A DNA stretch of 63,800 bases, counting the filler, from an uncultured bacterium (GTDB lineage: Bacteria; Auribacterota; CAZIXI01), in assembly GCA_964543115.1 (NCBI GenBank). It is 3 parts of 3 records of this genome, joined end to end, with 100 filler letters (N's around TTAATTAATTAA, not from the genome) between each part and the next. Parts side by side here need not be neighbours in the genome. Positions count along the whole stretch, not along the records: positions 1 to 22,437 come from CAZIXI010000025.1; 2 more parts are not named here. One strand, given 5' to 3'. The translations under genes and the position numbers were made by a program. The notes below the pieces were generated by a model. That model was not told where the DNA came from, searched no databases, and worked only from the letters and a program-made list of their open reading frames with translations. Below, one piece after another: positions 9,806-21,900 of the stretch (its first letter is position 1; each line of letters opens with the position of its first letter).

Positions 9806-12063
9806 CCGCTATTGCCGATTCCCGGCAGATAAAAAGAAAGGTGATAGTCGGTGATACACACTTAGGGATATCTTTCGATATGTTTTTTGTTGCCGGGGAG
9901 AAGGTGTTTCAGGAGTTGGAGATTGAATTTGAAAGCGGGGATAAGGATGTTTTTCTGGAATTATGTGATTCTATTAGAAGCAGCCTGGCCTTAGCTGAAA
10001 TAACCATGCCCAAGGCGCAAAGGGTTATTACCTCCTGGAGGGAAAAGAGGGCAGTAAAGGCGTTAATTGGTTCATTTGTCGAAGAACTAGAGGCCCGGGA
10101 TGCCCGCTTAGCTGCTGCTGTCAGTCCGCGGGAGATAGTAGATGTGGATGCCTATTCGCCTGCGCCTCAATTGCTGGCAATAGGCAGTGAGATAAAAGAT
10201 TATCTTGGGGCGGTTGATTATACGCCGGCGGGGATTATTGCGCTGTTAAAAACTGATCTGTTCCTGGCAGAGCAATTTGAGGATTCCGTTGGTGTCTGGG
10301 AAGGCTATAGTTTAGAAGTGCATACGGAAATGATGCTTGAACAATTTGAGAAGTATTTTGCTGGTGGCCCTTTTCCTTTCTCTGTTAATAAGGAATTCCT
10401 GCGGCTGGTATTCGCTTTACACGATATTGGTAAGCCTGCCGCGGTCCGAAACAAAGATAAGCATTATCAGCATAAATATACAGAATCTATTATTCAAAAA
10501 GGATTAACGGGATTAGGGTACAGTAATGAAGAAATAATAATTGCCCGCTGTTTGTTGAGGCATGATCCCCTGGGTGAGTATTTCCTGGGACAGCCGCTTA
10601 AGAGTGTGGTTGGTGAATTTATCCAGCTTGCGTCTGAAGCCGGCCTGGAAGTTTTCGAGTTTTTAACTATTCTTAGAATATTCTATATGTGTGACAGCAG
10701 CAGCTATACAACAGACGCGAAGAACGGGATCTCGTCTTTAGAACACCTATATCATTTTAGTAAGGTAAATAATGGTATCAGCTTTTCTTCGGAGAGAGGA
10801 ATCTGTGCCAAGTACGCGGCCTTGGAAAGGGCGATTTTGCTTGAGACTGCCAAGAAGGTATCTGCCCGTCCGTTGGAAAAGGTTATTGTGAATGTCGGGA
10901 AAAAGGATATAGAATATTTAGAAGTGCATGGGTATAGGGTGGTTTCAAATTGGTGGGTGCAGAAGGAGACGCTGGCTAATGGCGATATCTGGCTTACGGG
11001 AACTTTGGATTTGATACGGGATGAGTCTCAAGCTTCGCTTGGGACTGCTTTGAGGAACGTAACGGCCAGGTTCCGGAAACTTATAGAAACAGATAAGTCA
11101 GAGCCGCTGGGGATCAGCCTTGCTGGGCTGGCGAAAGAGAACGGTTATTATCATCTGGCACAGCCAACCAGACCGGAGAACCTATTTGCTGTACTAAAAA
11201 GCGGCAAATTACAGCCGGGTAATCATGCGGATACTAAAAGATACGGGGATTTACTGGGCAATCATGAAAAAATATTCACGCATCTTGTTTCTGCGGGAGA
11301 AGATGCTGAGGATATTGAAAGCATCAGAGAGATGACGGGCAACCGTTTTCCCGTTCTTTTATTTGATGTTGATCAGCTTTTGGCTGATAGTGTCTTTCAT
11401 CTAAGTGTTGGCTATCCTTGTGGAAAGTATATCAAGTTTGAGACCTCTGACGGCCATTTTGTTCCTTCGGCAAAAAGTTCAAATCCGCATGCTGTTTCAG
11501 AAATACTTGCTTACCGCTGGTTAAGAGAGGCGAATGAAGTTGTTTTTTATAAAGATAAAAGAAGGGGTAGTAATGTTGAGATACCTTTGCAAAAATTGAC
11601 AAAAATTATTGTCCGCAAGGGAGAAAAGGCCGGACTGATCAGCAGGCTCCGGGAAGAAGAAGTGGACTGTCTCTGTCCGGGGAGAAGTTGGGAAGAGCTT
11701 ATTGAGGAAGTAGAACCTGCTTTTCCAGCGGCGGTCGAGGACCTGCCAGAAGTGTTGGAGCCATACAGTGGTAATTCTTTTGAAATTGTCAGTTATTATC
11801 TTCAAGGAAAAGGGATTTCCCCGTTAGAGATGATTAATCTTATGAAAAGGGAATATCGCGAGCTGGCCAAAGAACTTAACGCGCCTTCTTGTAAACCCCG
11901 TTTTGACACAAAAGAAGAAGAATATTTAGGTTCTTTCCATGATCCCAGAGAGAGTTCTCATACCCCGTTAAGGGTTTTATCGTTACTGAATAAGGTGCTT
12001 TTTGGCGAAGATAATGATTATCTTTTGAAACTGTATTATGGCAGCATGGAGTCCTCAGTGTAA
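9754..12063 (+). CDS. C-terminal half of CYTH domain, HD domain and ADP-ribosyltransferase-like domain (probable continuation of 9323-9805)
   Basis: Frame 1 is open from 9754 (track start 9841). ELEIEFESG...PKAQR (CYTH C-half); VHTE...LHDIGK...CDSSS (HD); YYHLAQ..ENLFAVLKSGKLQP...VLLFD...EANEVVF...IPLQKLTKIIV (ART/Tpt1/DarT-like pattern). Confidence 0.65.
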   Translation, partial: RVILRQFNLAPAQALEIAAIADSRQIKRKVIVGDTHLGISFDMFFVAGEKVFQELEIEFESGDKDVFLELCDSIRSSLALAEITMPKAQRVITSWREKRAVKALIGSFVEELEARDARLAAAVSPREIVDVDAYSPAPQLLAIGSEIKDYLGAVDYTPAGIIALLKTDLFLAEQFEDSVGVWEGYSLEVHTEMMLEQFEKYFAGGPFPFSVNKEFLRLVFALHDIGKPAAVRNKDKHYQHKYTESIIQKGLTGLGYSNEEIIIARCLLRHDPLGEYFLGQPLKSVVGEFIQLASEAGLEVFEFLTILRIFYMCDSSSYTTDAKNGISSLEHLYHFSKVNNGISFSSERGICAKYAALERAILLETAKKVSARPLEKVIVNVGKKDIEYLEVHGYRVVSNWWVQKETLANGDIWLTGTLDLIRDESQASLGTALRNVTARFRKLIETDKSEPLGISLAGLAKENGYYHLAQPTRPENLFAVLKSGKLQPGNHADTKRYGDLLGNHEKIFTHLVSAGEDAEDIESIREMTGNRFPVLLFDVDQLLADSVFHLSVGYPCGKYIKFETSDGHFVPSAKSSNPHAVSEILAYRWLREANEVVFYKDKRRGSNVEIPLQKLTKIIVRKGEKAGLISRLREEEVDCLCPGRSWEELIEEVEPAFPAAVEDLPEVLEPYSGNSFEIVSYYLQGKGISPLEMINLMKREYRELAKELNAPSCKPRFDTKEEEYLGSFHDPRESSHTPLRVLSLLNKVLFGEDNDYLLKLYYGSMESSV

Positions 12064-12079
12064 AAAATTGGCTTAAAAT

Positions 12080-12811
12080 ATGAATAATATAATGATGAAA
12101 AAACTTGTTGTTGTGATTTTATTATTAGTCTTGTATCCATTGCCTGTTGCTATGGGGATAGCGCCCAGGTCGATTGTGCAGGGGCGGGCTAGACTGCCCT
12201 GGCAGCCAGAGGATGTAGCGGTTGTAAAAAAGTGCCTGCAGGATGCCGCGGCTGAAGTGAGCGCGATTGTAGAAGAAAAGAGACTGGCGGAACAAATAGA
12301 AGCTTTTCGGGTGTTTTTCAGGGAATTTAGAAAAACTATTGACCGGGAAGGGGTATCTTATGAAGAATTAGATGAAATGAAAGAATTTCCCGCTATCTGC
12401 AGTCTTATCGGTGATATCCCTCCGAGAGTGCGCGCTATTTACCGGAGCAATGATCCGCAAATTAAGGATAAGGGAGATGTACGCCTATCGATATTGTATG
12501 ACATTGATGATCGGTGTATTAAATCTATGCGGGGGTTGAGAAATGCAATTAATACAATGATTCGTTTAACCAGTAATGAACAAGTGTCTGCTGTTAATTA
12601 TGAATTAGTAGAAGGTTTCTTAAACCAGATAGAGTATTATCTGGATATGCTTGAGGCGGTGAAGAGCTGGAAAAGGATAGCAAGGGAATTTCTTGACTCG
12701 ATCAGTATAGAGAAAGGTTATCCAAAGAATATTTATCGGATTATGTACTATTTACAGCGATTAGAAGATAGGCAAGCAGATCAACGTGATGATATTGTTG
12801 AGGCAGTATAA
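12080..12811 (+). CDS. Exported hypothetical protein, predicted helical
   Basis: 243-aa ORF with N-terminal MMKKLVVVILLLVLYPLPVAMG signal peptide followed by IAPRS. The true start may be the ATG at 12092 or 12095. Confidence 0.75.
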   Translation: MNNIMMKKLVVVILLLVLYPLPVAMGIAPRSIVQGRARLPWQPEDVAVVKKCLQDAAAEVSAIVEEKRLAEQIEAFRVFFREFRKTIDREGVSYEELDEMKEFPAICSLIGDIPPRVRAIYRSNDPQIKDKGDVRLSILYDIDDRCIKSMRGLRNAINTMIRLTSNEQVSAVNYELVEGFLNQIEYYLDMLEAVKSWKRIAREFLDSISIEKGYPKNIYRIMYYLQRLEDRQADQRDDIVEAV

Positions 12812-12894
12812 AAGTTTGTTAATATCTGTTTAGTCCTTATAGCAGAAGATGTTGCATCCTCCACTTCTTGCTTGTTTAAGTTGATTTGTCAAGG

Positions 12895-12916
12895 AAATAG
12901 GGGGCCGTCCCTATTT
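12895..12916. terminator. Hairpin, possible terminator or REP-like palindrome
   Basis: AAATAGGG-ggccgt-CCCTATTT, 8-bp stem, downstream of the 12811 stop. Confidence 0.4.
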
Positions 12917-12931
12917 AATTAATTTAGCTAC

Positions 12932-12964
12932 TTGACAAGCTCATCTTTAGCGGGTACTTATAAA
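12932..12964 (+). promoter_or_regulatory. Possible sigma70 promoter for the 12988 gene
   Basis: Perfect TTGACA at 12932-12937, but only a weak -10 (TACTTA at 17 bp spacing). A purine-rich RBS (GGAAAGGGGG) precedes the ATG at 12988. Confidence 0.3.
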
Positions 12965-12987
12965 TAGGCGGAAAGGGGGGCCGATAT

Positions 12988-15900
12988 ATGCAGTGGATTT
13001 ATAAAGCTATTGTTAATCTATTAGTACTTTCGTTATTCTGCCAAAATGCTGCCTGGGCTGATGCCCGTTATCATACCATAGCCGGTACTACCGCATTACA
13101 TTCACAACAATTCATTAAGGCATCTCAGGCGCTTGCCTGTATTGCCGCATTAATAGAGAAGATCGGGACTCAGGAGATGAGTCTTAGCTGTCTTAGACAA
13201 TTAGGCAACAAGCCGGCTCAGAAACAAACTGAGGCGTTGCCTGATTTTGCCCGTCATAATCAGGTTTTAATTCCAGCAAGTACTGAACCTGTTCTAGAGG
13301 GAACTTTTTTAAGTTTAGCGGGCAGCAGTGTATGGATTCATGGATCCGGATGGCATGTGCGTATTTTTGAATCAGATCAAACTGAAGATCCTATTGCAGG
13401 GCTTTCTTTAGTCCCCGCAGGGAGTGTTCAGCGGATTAATGAACACTGCGCGTTCCAGGTTTATATTGAAACTGGCACACTGGTAGCACCAGAGGATACC
13501 TCTGATCCTGAACGGGGCGGAGCTGTGGGAAAGTGGCAGGCTGAAAAAGATTTGAAAGTGCGTGATGGCTGGTTAGTCGGAGCGCTCAATGGTATCGCAC
13601 AAAATAAAGGGCAGCAGGTTCAGCTAATGGTCCCGGGGACACCGGTACGCAAAGAACATTCTGGAAATGTCATCCATCTTAGGGCTGAGCCCCTGCTCAA
13701 ACAATACCCTGAGCTGCAGGATCGTTTACGGGCAGAAGTCACTAGCTGGCAGCAAATAAGTGATGGCCTTCCTGAACAATTCAGTCAGGAGAAAAAGGAT
13801 ATACGGGCGATTCTCGAAACTATTGAAGAAATGCTGCCGCAGGTGTATCTGATTGAAGATAATCTTTATATTAACGGATATGGTTCCGCGGATTGTATTT
13901 GTGTTAATAGAAATCTTATGCTTGCTCTTTTGGACCAGGATATTTCCGGGTTTATTGAGCTGTTTCATGAAGTGGGACATGCGATGGGATACAGTCATAC
14001 GTATTTGCGCGGTATTGGTAAGAAAGCACGCGTGAAAGATCGTCCGCTGAATCGTGCTGAACGGGGATTACCCCACGAAAAGGGCCTGCAGGATATTCTT
14101 TTTAAGGAAAAAAACCAAACGCTCTCATCTCATATCCAGGCTATTCTTGGACAACTGCGTGCAGATGCCGGGCAATATGATGAGCTGCTTTTTGCTGTTA
14201 TTAAAGGCATTGTTTCGCGGAGCAAAGGAAATGAATTTTATACGGAGAATATTGTGACAACCGCATGTACCGGAGCAAAGATCCTTTTTGATTTGGGTTT
14301 GATTACGCCAGATAATGCGCCGGAGGCAGCTGATCTTGTAATTGCCATTGCGGATTGTTCCGGCGATTATGCGTTTGCCGCTTTTGCTGAGCTTGCTCTA
14401 CTTCTTCAAGCTGCTGGAGAAATGCCTGCTGAACAAAGGGAATGTATAGCCGATCTTTCATTCCTGCGTGAGGTTGTTGAGCTAACGCAGGATCATACTG
14501 GCCCGGCATTTGATGTACTTACGGTATTTGGCAATAAAGGTATTATCGTTTCAGATAACCAGCGAGAGCTTGGTAATTTGTTAGGGATTGTACATCGCGC
14601 AAATGCCGCAGGATTTGGTTTAATAAAAACAATGGCTCTAGTCGGCTATGGAAAACGCTATAACCAGGATAAACTATGGGAGCTGCTGTGGAAAGTGCTG
14701 CGACTGGAAATGGCAAATGATGCGTCTATTAGCAATGAGTTAATCGAATTGGTGAGTGCTGTTCCTGAAATGGATGATACGGGAGCCCAATTAGTGCGGG
14801 ATATTGACTTTCTTACCGCTATACTAGAAAAACTAAAACAACATTCCGGTGCCGCGTATCTGGGCCTTAAAGAGCTCTTGTGCGCGGGAGAAGATATGGA
14901 TGATTATTGCCGTACTCAAATAATTAATGAGCCGTTTTTGCGTAAACTTACCTCTACCTACCATTATAGAGGCGGAGAGGTTTACCGGGGCATTAAAGAG
15001 CTTGCCTGTATGCTCAAGGGGCTTGATCAGAATATACAGGAAAAAGCGCTTAATTATGAGCTGCTCTTTAGTATTGCGCGAAATCCCGCAAAAAATGAAT
15101 TTAATAATTTTATCGCATTGGGTTCATGTGTTGCCTGGATAGCTACTTTTGACCAGGGAATCCAAGACTTTCTGCTTGATCTTGAACTGCTAAAACTGAT
15201 CGCCCGCTGCGCGCAAATTCATTGCGGTGAGTCCTATAAAAGATTATGTGAGCTTGCAGCTGCCGCAAAAGAGTTCTCAAAGGAAACGCGTACTCAGGCC
15301 CTTAAAACAAGTTTTTTGCGGCAGGTGGTACGTAAGTCTACAACAGGTACTGCCGGAGCGTTTGTTATTATAAGGATTCTGGCTGAATCAGGCGGTCTGG
15401 CGCAAGAGAGTATGAGCACTATTCGCGACCTTTTATGGAATGTTATACCAGAGAAAATATCAAGTTCAAAACTGCAGGCCTATAATATTATAACATTATT
15501 TTGCGACGCGGGCATGGTCACTCCACAAACATTTAAACAATTAATTGCCTTGTTCATGGCTGTTTCCAGGTATGTTCCCCATAATGCAAATACGGTTTTT
15601 ACGTCTTTGTATTTATCACTCCGGCAGATGAGTTCGAAAAGTGATTCTGTGCGCACCGTACTCATGGATCCTGAACTGTTGAGATCAATCGTTCTATTCG
15701 CCCGGGGTAATTCAGATCAGGTTTTTTCTATTCTGGCAAGGCTTTCACGAGAGGATATTCTTACTGAAGAGACGACAAAAGACAGTATTGATTTATTTAA
15801 GCAGATCGCCGAAGCAATGGGTGCGGAACCCGGAAAGGGTTATGCCGTGTTATTAGAGTGCGCGCAAAGGGGGCTTATTACAGGGGAAAATTTCCCGCGT

Positions 15901-18900
15901 TTTTGCGCTTTTATTATTGATACAGCAAAAGAAATTAGAAAGAAGGCGCATTCTTCTGAAGCCGTTGCCTTTGATGCCTTACTGGGATTAATACGCGTTC
16001 AGGCAGTTCAAGCCGATAATCTCGATGATGTAAAGAAACTTCTTGTAGAAATATCGAAAAGTCATCACTGGGGAAAAGACTATGGAGCACTCAAAGACTT
16101 AACTGACGGCGCGTCTCTTATGGATGAATCAGTACGTTCCTGCGTTTTTGACTGCACCATGCTGTCCCAGGTAATAGAAGGCGCTAAAAACTGTGCTGAA
16201 GAATCCTTTCAGGCTTTGAGTGTATTAGGAGAATATGGTGTTATTAGCAAAGATACCCAAGAGGAAATTGTTCAGTTACTTATCGCGATTGATAAAGCGC
16301 TTGTTGATAAATCTTGGGAGATCGGGAACGCTGCTGGCGCGTATAAGGTTTTAGAGTATCTGGCTAAAGCAGGACGGGTGAGTGTGTCCACTATTGATCA
16401 GGTACGGATGCTGGTGACCAATAAAGGTGTTGCCTATGAAGAGTTTGGACAATATTTGAAGACAGTACAAAAGGTGCCGACAGCACTGCAGAAGTTATTG
16501 TATTCTTTTCCTTTTCTTGCCTCATTAGCAAAAAGTAATGCCTACGGTGCTCTGGATACCTTAATCCATACCGCAGTAACTCGCGGCAAACATAAATTGA
16601 TTCATCCTAATCTTATTAAAAAAACATCTGAGCTAAGAGGCGAAAATGCCGCTGATGGATACAAGGCATTTACCGCGCTTGCTGAGGTTGAACGCGATCA
16701 GCAGGAAATCATGTTAAGCCCCGGATTTATTGTTCGTTTGGTTGAGACGCGGGCTGATAGTATGGAAGATATTGTCCAGTCAATGAACACGGTATTTAGT
16801 ATGTTAAAAAGTTTCCCGCTGCCTATTCAAAGTGCTGTTTTTAATAAGGATGTTATTTTTGCCGTTATGGATTATGCGGAAACAGAGCAAGCTAAGATTT
16901 TTAACGAATTGTACTCATTTCTCTCCAAGATACGAAGTAATGACGTGCCCCATCAGGATGTTTTTCTCAATACACAGTTTTTGGTGAATCTGATTCGGGG
17001 CGGAGGCACAAGAGCGCATGTTAGATTGCGTGCCGCCGCTGAGTTTGCTGTTGATCTTAAAAGCGCACGAAAAGATATTGTTGGTATTTTTCTTGATGCT
17101 GATTTTATTCAGCAATGTTTTGAGCAAGCAGGCGGTTTGCTTCCAGCTGTTCTTAAGAGTATAAAAGGTATAATAGAAACGTGTTCAGAAAAAGACATTA
17201 TCATACAGCCTTCAGTTATTCTGTATGGAATGCGCTATCTTGATCTTAAGGGGAAAGCAGTGGCGGGCTATTTCAGGATGATTCGCAGTGTGTTAAGGAG
17301 AAAGATTGTTGCTAAGGATAATGGAGTATACTATGTTAAACAGGCTATATACAGGCAGGCATTAAAAAATCATGGTATTAAAAAAGTTCCCGCTAAGTTG
17401 GTTTTTAATCCGTGGGTAGTGGAGCAGATTATAGCGGGAAACTTTCGGATCAGACAATATAACAGGGAGGTAGAAACCCTTGATTTTATGGAAATCAATC
17501 CTGATGCCCTGGATTCGTTGTCTCCTAAGGAAAAGGCCCTGGTATATACCCGTTTGTGTATGGAATTTCCCTCAATTATGGAGCGGGTAGATTATGACCG
17601 GTTTGAACAGGATCCGACGGTCTCGTATATATTATGGTTTTTAAGAAAAGAAACAGAGCGTTTTTATCTAACCGAAGCAGACAGAGACGATCTTATCGCG
17701 TTAAGCCTTCTTATTGACAAGCAGATTCATGAATACATTCAAACGCAGCATGAAGATGATCCGCTGTGGATTTCCGGATTCAGGCAGCTCATGCAGTTAC
17801 ATGGTGATTTTGTTCAGTTGTATCTTTCATCGTTAGCCATGGATGAAGGAGAAATGGGTGTTGAAAATGTCCTGCCGTATTTCCTTATGTGCTCTCATTC
17901 TGTCTGGGGTACGTTATTTGGTGATGAATACCCTGAATTCAAGGGGATTATGTGCAAGGCAATAGATGAATATAGAATGTTGTTTCTCAAGCTGACATTG
18001 GGTGATCCCTCGATATGGGGGCTTTCAATCGAGAAAATGGTTGACCGGTACTGTACAAGAAGCATTACAACGGTGCAGGATCCTGTTCCTGACGGGCTGC
18101 TCTATGGAATAGGGAGTGCTCAAAGATTATACTATTCTCTGCGCACGAGTGCTGAACTGAGCCACCCATCGCTGTGTATTCTTTCCGCGCACAGTATGAA
18201 CATATTTGATGATGTAATCCGCCAGCTGGCAGAAGATACCGCTGGTTTGTTATATCGTATACCATTATCCTATTATACTGACCGAAGCGTTCTTTTTTCC
18301 AGTCCGGTGCCTGTGTCAAATGATTCTGAAGATACGGGTGAAACAGACGCTTCTCCCGGAACAGGAATTAAACAATTACCGGGGGTTATTACTCGATTAA
18401 TACAGGAAGCACAAAAAGATTCTCAACGGCCGGTATATCTGGTATTGGATAATGTTGAAGCGGTTGACAGCAGCCTGAGGGTTGAATTTAATCCCGTGTT
18501 GTGGGAGAAGAAAATACTGGTGCCTGAACTGGGGAAAGAAGGTGAGTTTGTGTTACCGGCCAATCTTCATATTATTTTTACTATGGATGATACAAGTACC
18601 CTTAATGATGAAGCATTCTGTAACCGGCTTGCGCGTATCCGTGTCGGAGAATTACAGAAAACTGAATATAAGAATTTATTGCAAGAAAAGTACCACGTGC
18701 CTGCTGCTGAGGCGCTCAGAATATCGTCCTTTTACGCAAAATTGGCTAAAGTTGCCTGGGAAGATGAACGAATACAGTTTTATCCGCAGGAATTTGTAGC
18801 GCCAATAACCTTTGCGGAAAGAAGAGGTTCTATCAGGGACTATTGCGAAGAAGAAATCTTTCGCTATTGCCTGCTCAAGTTCAGGTCACATAAAGATCAG

Positions 18901-21900
18901 AAAACCTTCATTGATATGTTTGCTGACGTGTTTAGCCCCGCGGATAAATCGTGGTATTCTAGTGCCCTAGCGGTAGAAGATAATATGATTGTTGCTGATG
19001 GTGTTTCTATCCCCCTTGCTCGGGAAGCGGCTGAATATATAGAAGAACATCCTGGCGCGGGATTTTTTGAAATAGTACTCAAACTCTATGGTTACGCGTT
19101 ACGCAGGCAGGATATGCGAATAATCAGTCAGTTTATCCGGCAGCGTGAATTTGCCGGTTCCGGAGATGCGCAGCCGTTCACTGTTCTTGAAGGTATTAGC
19201 GGAGAAGGTAAAACACAGCTGGCTTTTGTTATGGCACAACTCTTCGGCATGAAAAATCTATGTTATACCTTACACCGCAGGAGTGATCTGGATGAACTGC
19301 GGGGAGGGATTTTTCCCGACGGTAATGGCGGGTTGCGTGTAGTTAATGAAACAGAATTTACCCGGGCGCTGGAACAGGGCGGGTATATTATTAATTTTAG
19401 CGAACTTAATACGGTTTATAAGCAGGCGCTTGTTTATTGGCTGTTTCCGGAATTCAGCGGACAGCGGGTGCACACCCTGCCTGAAATTCCCTGCGATCAA
19501 AAAGATCCGTTTTACCACAAAGAGATCAACCGGGATAATCTATTTATCGCGGATATTAATCCGCTTGATTATGCCGCTCGTGAACCATTGCCTGAGCAGA
19601 TACGTTCATGTTCCGCGCTCTTCTGGGTCGGATATGATTATACGAANNNNNNNNNNNNNNNNNNNNNNNNNNNNNNNNNNNNNNNNNNNNNNNNNCGTCT
19701 ATTGCAGCGCTGAAGGTGATCACGCCGCTTACGCAAGAAAGCTGGCGCGTTTGTATTTGCGGATCCAACAGGAGTTGTATACATCGGTTAAAAGTAACTA
19801 TCAGGTTTTAACCATTCGGGATCTTATTCGCGCGGTGCGGTTATTCGATCACTATGGAGCTGACCAGCAGGCGTTCGACCGTTCGGTTAGTGATGTCTTG
19901 TGGGGAATGTGGATTGAGGATGATGTGCGTGACCGTGTAGAAGGGGTAATGAGTAGTGTCGGCGTTAATTTTGATGCCCAGGAATATGACGCACAGGAGG
20001 TTTTGGCGACTGTACTTGATTCGGATCTTGGACATGTGCTTATTCATTCTGATAATACGCGCGATGGGCTTGCTGTTTTAAACGATACTGCCGGGAAAGG
20101 ATACCGTACGCATTATATGTGTGTAAATGATTTTTGCGAATTTGACATGTTTGTCGGCGGAGGAGGTATTGATCTTGAAGGAAATCTTGGGGTCTTCGCG
20201 GGTTCATTGCTTAAGGTTATAGAACAAACCCTGTGTGATCCAGACCAGATTCATTTGCTGGTGCTGGATAACTTTCATCTGTTAAATACTGATACTGCCG
20301 TTGGTTTTAACCGGATGCTGCAGGATGGGATAATTGATATCCCGGAACAACTCCTGAGTGTATTAGCAGAACGCTTGAGAACAAACGAGGAACTTCTTGC
20401 CGCGGCACAGGGGCGGTATGGAGAATTGACTATACCTGAACTTGTCCAATGCCTGTATACGAATATACCTGAGAGCCTGCGGATAGTAGGCATTTGTTAC
20501 GCGCCGAGTGATCCGACCTCAGATGATTCACTTCCGATGAGCGGCGCAGAGTTGTCACGTTTTGTCAGTATACGCGCGGGTACGGGTATGAATGAACAAT
20601 GGATACAGCGGTATATCAAGAGAAATCTGCAGGGGCTAAAACCTGAGCTTTTAAAGGCAATTATTTCTGATATTATAGCGGTCTATAACTATTATGACGC
20701 GTATGTCGCGGAAGGATATTATGTGCGTTCTCCGTTAAGCAGAACGGATATTGATGAATGTATAAATGAGATCAAAAACTATAAAGGTGATATTACCCGG
20801 GAACTCCTTAAAGAGGTTATCTATTATACAATTGGCGTCGGGCTCCGGGAACCGTTTGCCTATTCACCAATACTGACGGAAATAGAAAAAGAAGACGGGA
20901 TTTATTTAAAAGTCGGCGCAGTGGAGTATAAAACAAAACATACGAGTTTAGAGCAGGCGCAGTCCAGCGGGACGCTTGTGCCCATACATGAATTGCGGCA
21001 GGTATATGAAGGGATCTTAAGCGCTTTCAGGAAGAACAGGCGTGTTGTTCTTCTGGAGGGGCATCCGGGTGTCGGTAAAACTGCCGCGGCGGAAGATCTC
21101 TCTGCCCGGCTTGGATATGGGCCGCGATTTAAAAAGGTATCCATGTACAAGGATATAGATCTATGGGAGTTTTTAGGAAAGATCGAACAAACCGGCGACA
21201 ATGCTTTTCGGCTTACCTGTGCCGAAGAGGACGGGACCTTTCTTTCAGATTTCCTTGATTATGTGGAAAATGGCGGGATATTTTGTTTTGACGAAGGGAA
21301 TATCAGTAACGCGAGTATCCAGATAATAAGTTTTCTTGTGCAGATTATGCGTGATGAGGATATTGTGCTTGGCCTGTATCATAACGGAGTAGAACTGGAG
21401 AGGAAAATCAGTATTCATCCTGACTTCAGGATGTTTGTAACGTTTAATCCCGCGGGTATGACACAGGGCAGGAATGAGTTTAGTCCTGAAATAATGTATT
21501 TGAGTAAAAAGATCTGGATGACTGATATGTGGAAACGATCAAGCTATTTAGATTTAATTGATGCCTATGACGCGGAAGATAGCCTTTTTCTTGATGACCG
21601 AACCAAGCTTATACAATTGCACATATATATGAAATATATTATGGATGAAAATTTCCGTCGATTGTATCGCGGCAAACTGCCGAAATTAGTAAAAGAATTC
21701 AGGTTTAATGAATTTCAGGATGTCTATACGTATCAATATAATGTCAGCCCGCGTGAATTGATCCGGATTGTCCGTACCCTTTCATTGCCCGAAGGGCTCA
21801 GCGATAAGAACGATACTGATATGATTAAAGATAAATTATATATCGGTATTTTGGTGAATTATGTATATCAGTTCAGTAACCTTCAGGATTTTAATCGGGC

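Noticed and set aside
12885..12938. Antisense promoter or extended cruciform from opposed TTGTCAAG/CTTGACAA
   Set aside because: Only an 8-bp match with asymmetric spacing and no convincing -10 on the minus strand; compatible with chance.
19346..19646. N-terminus of the 1047-aa track ORF as a real start
   Set aside because: This part is an off-frame shadow of the upstream AAA module; only sequence after the N gap is coding in that frame.
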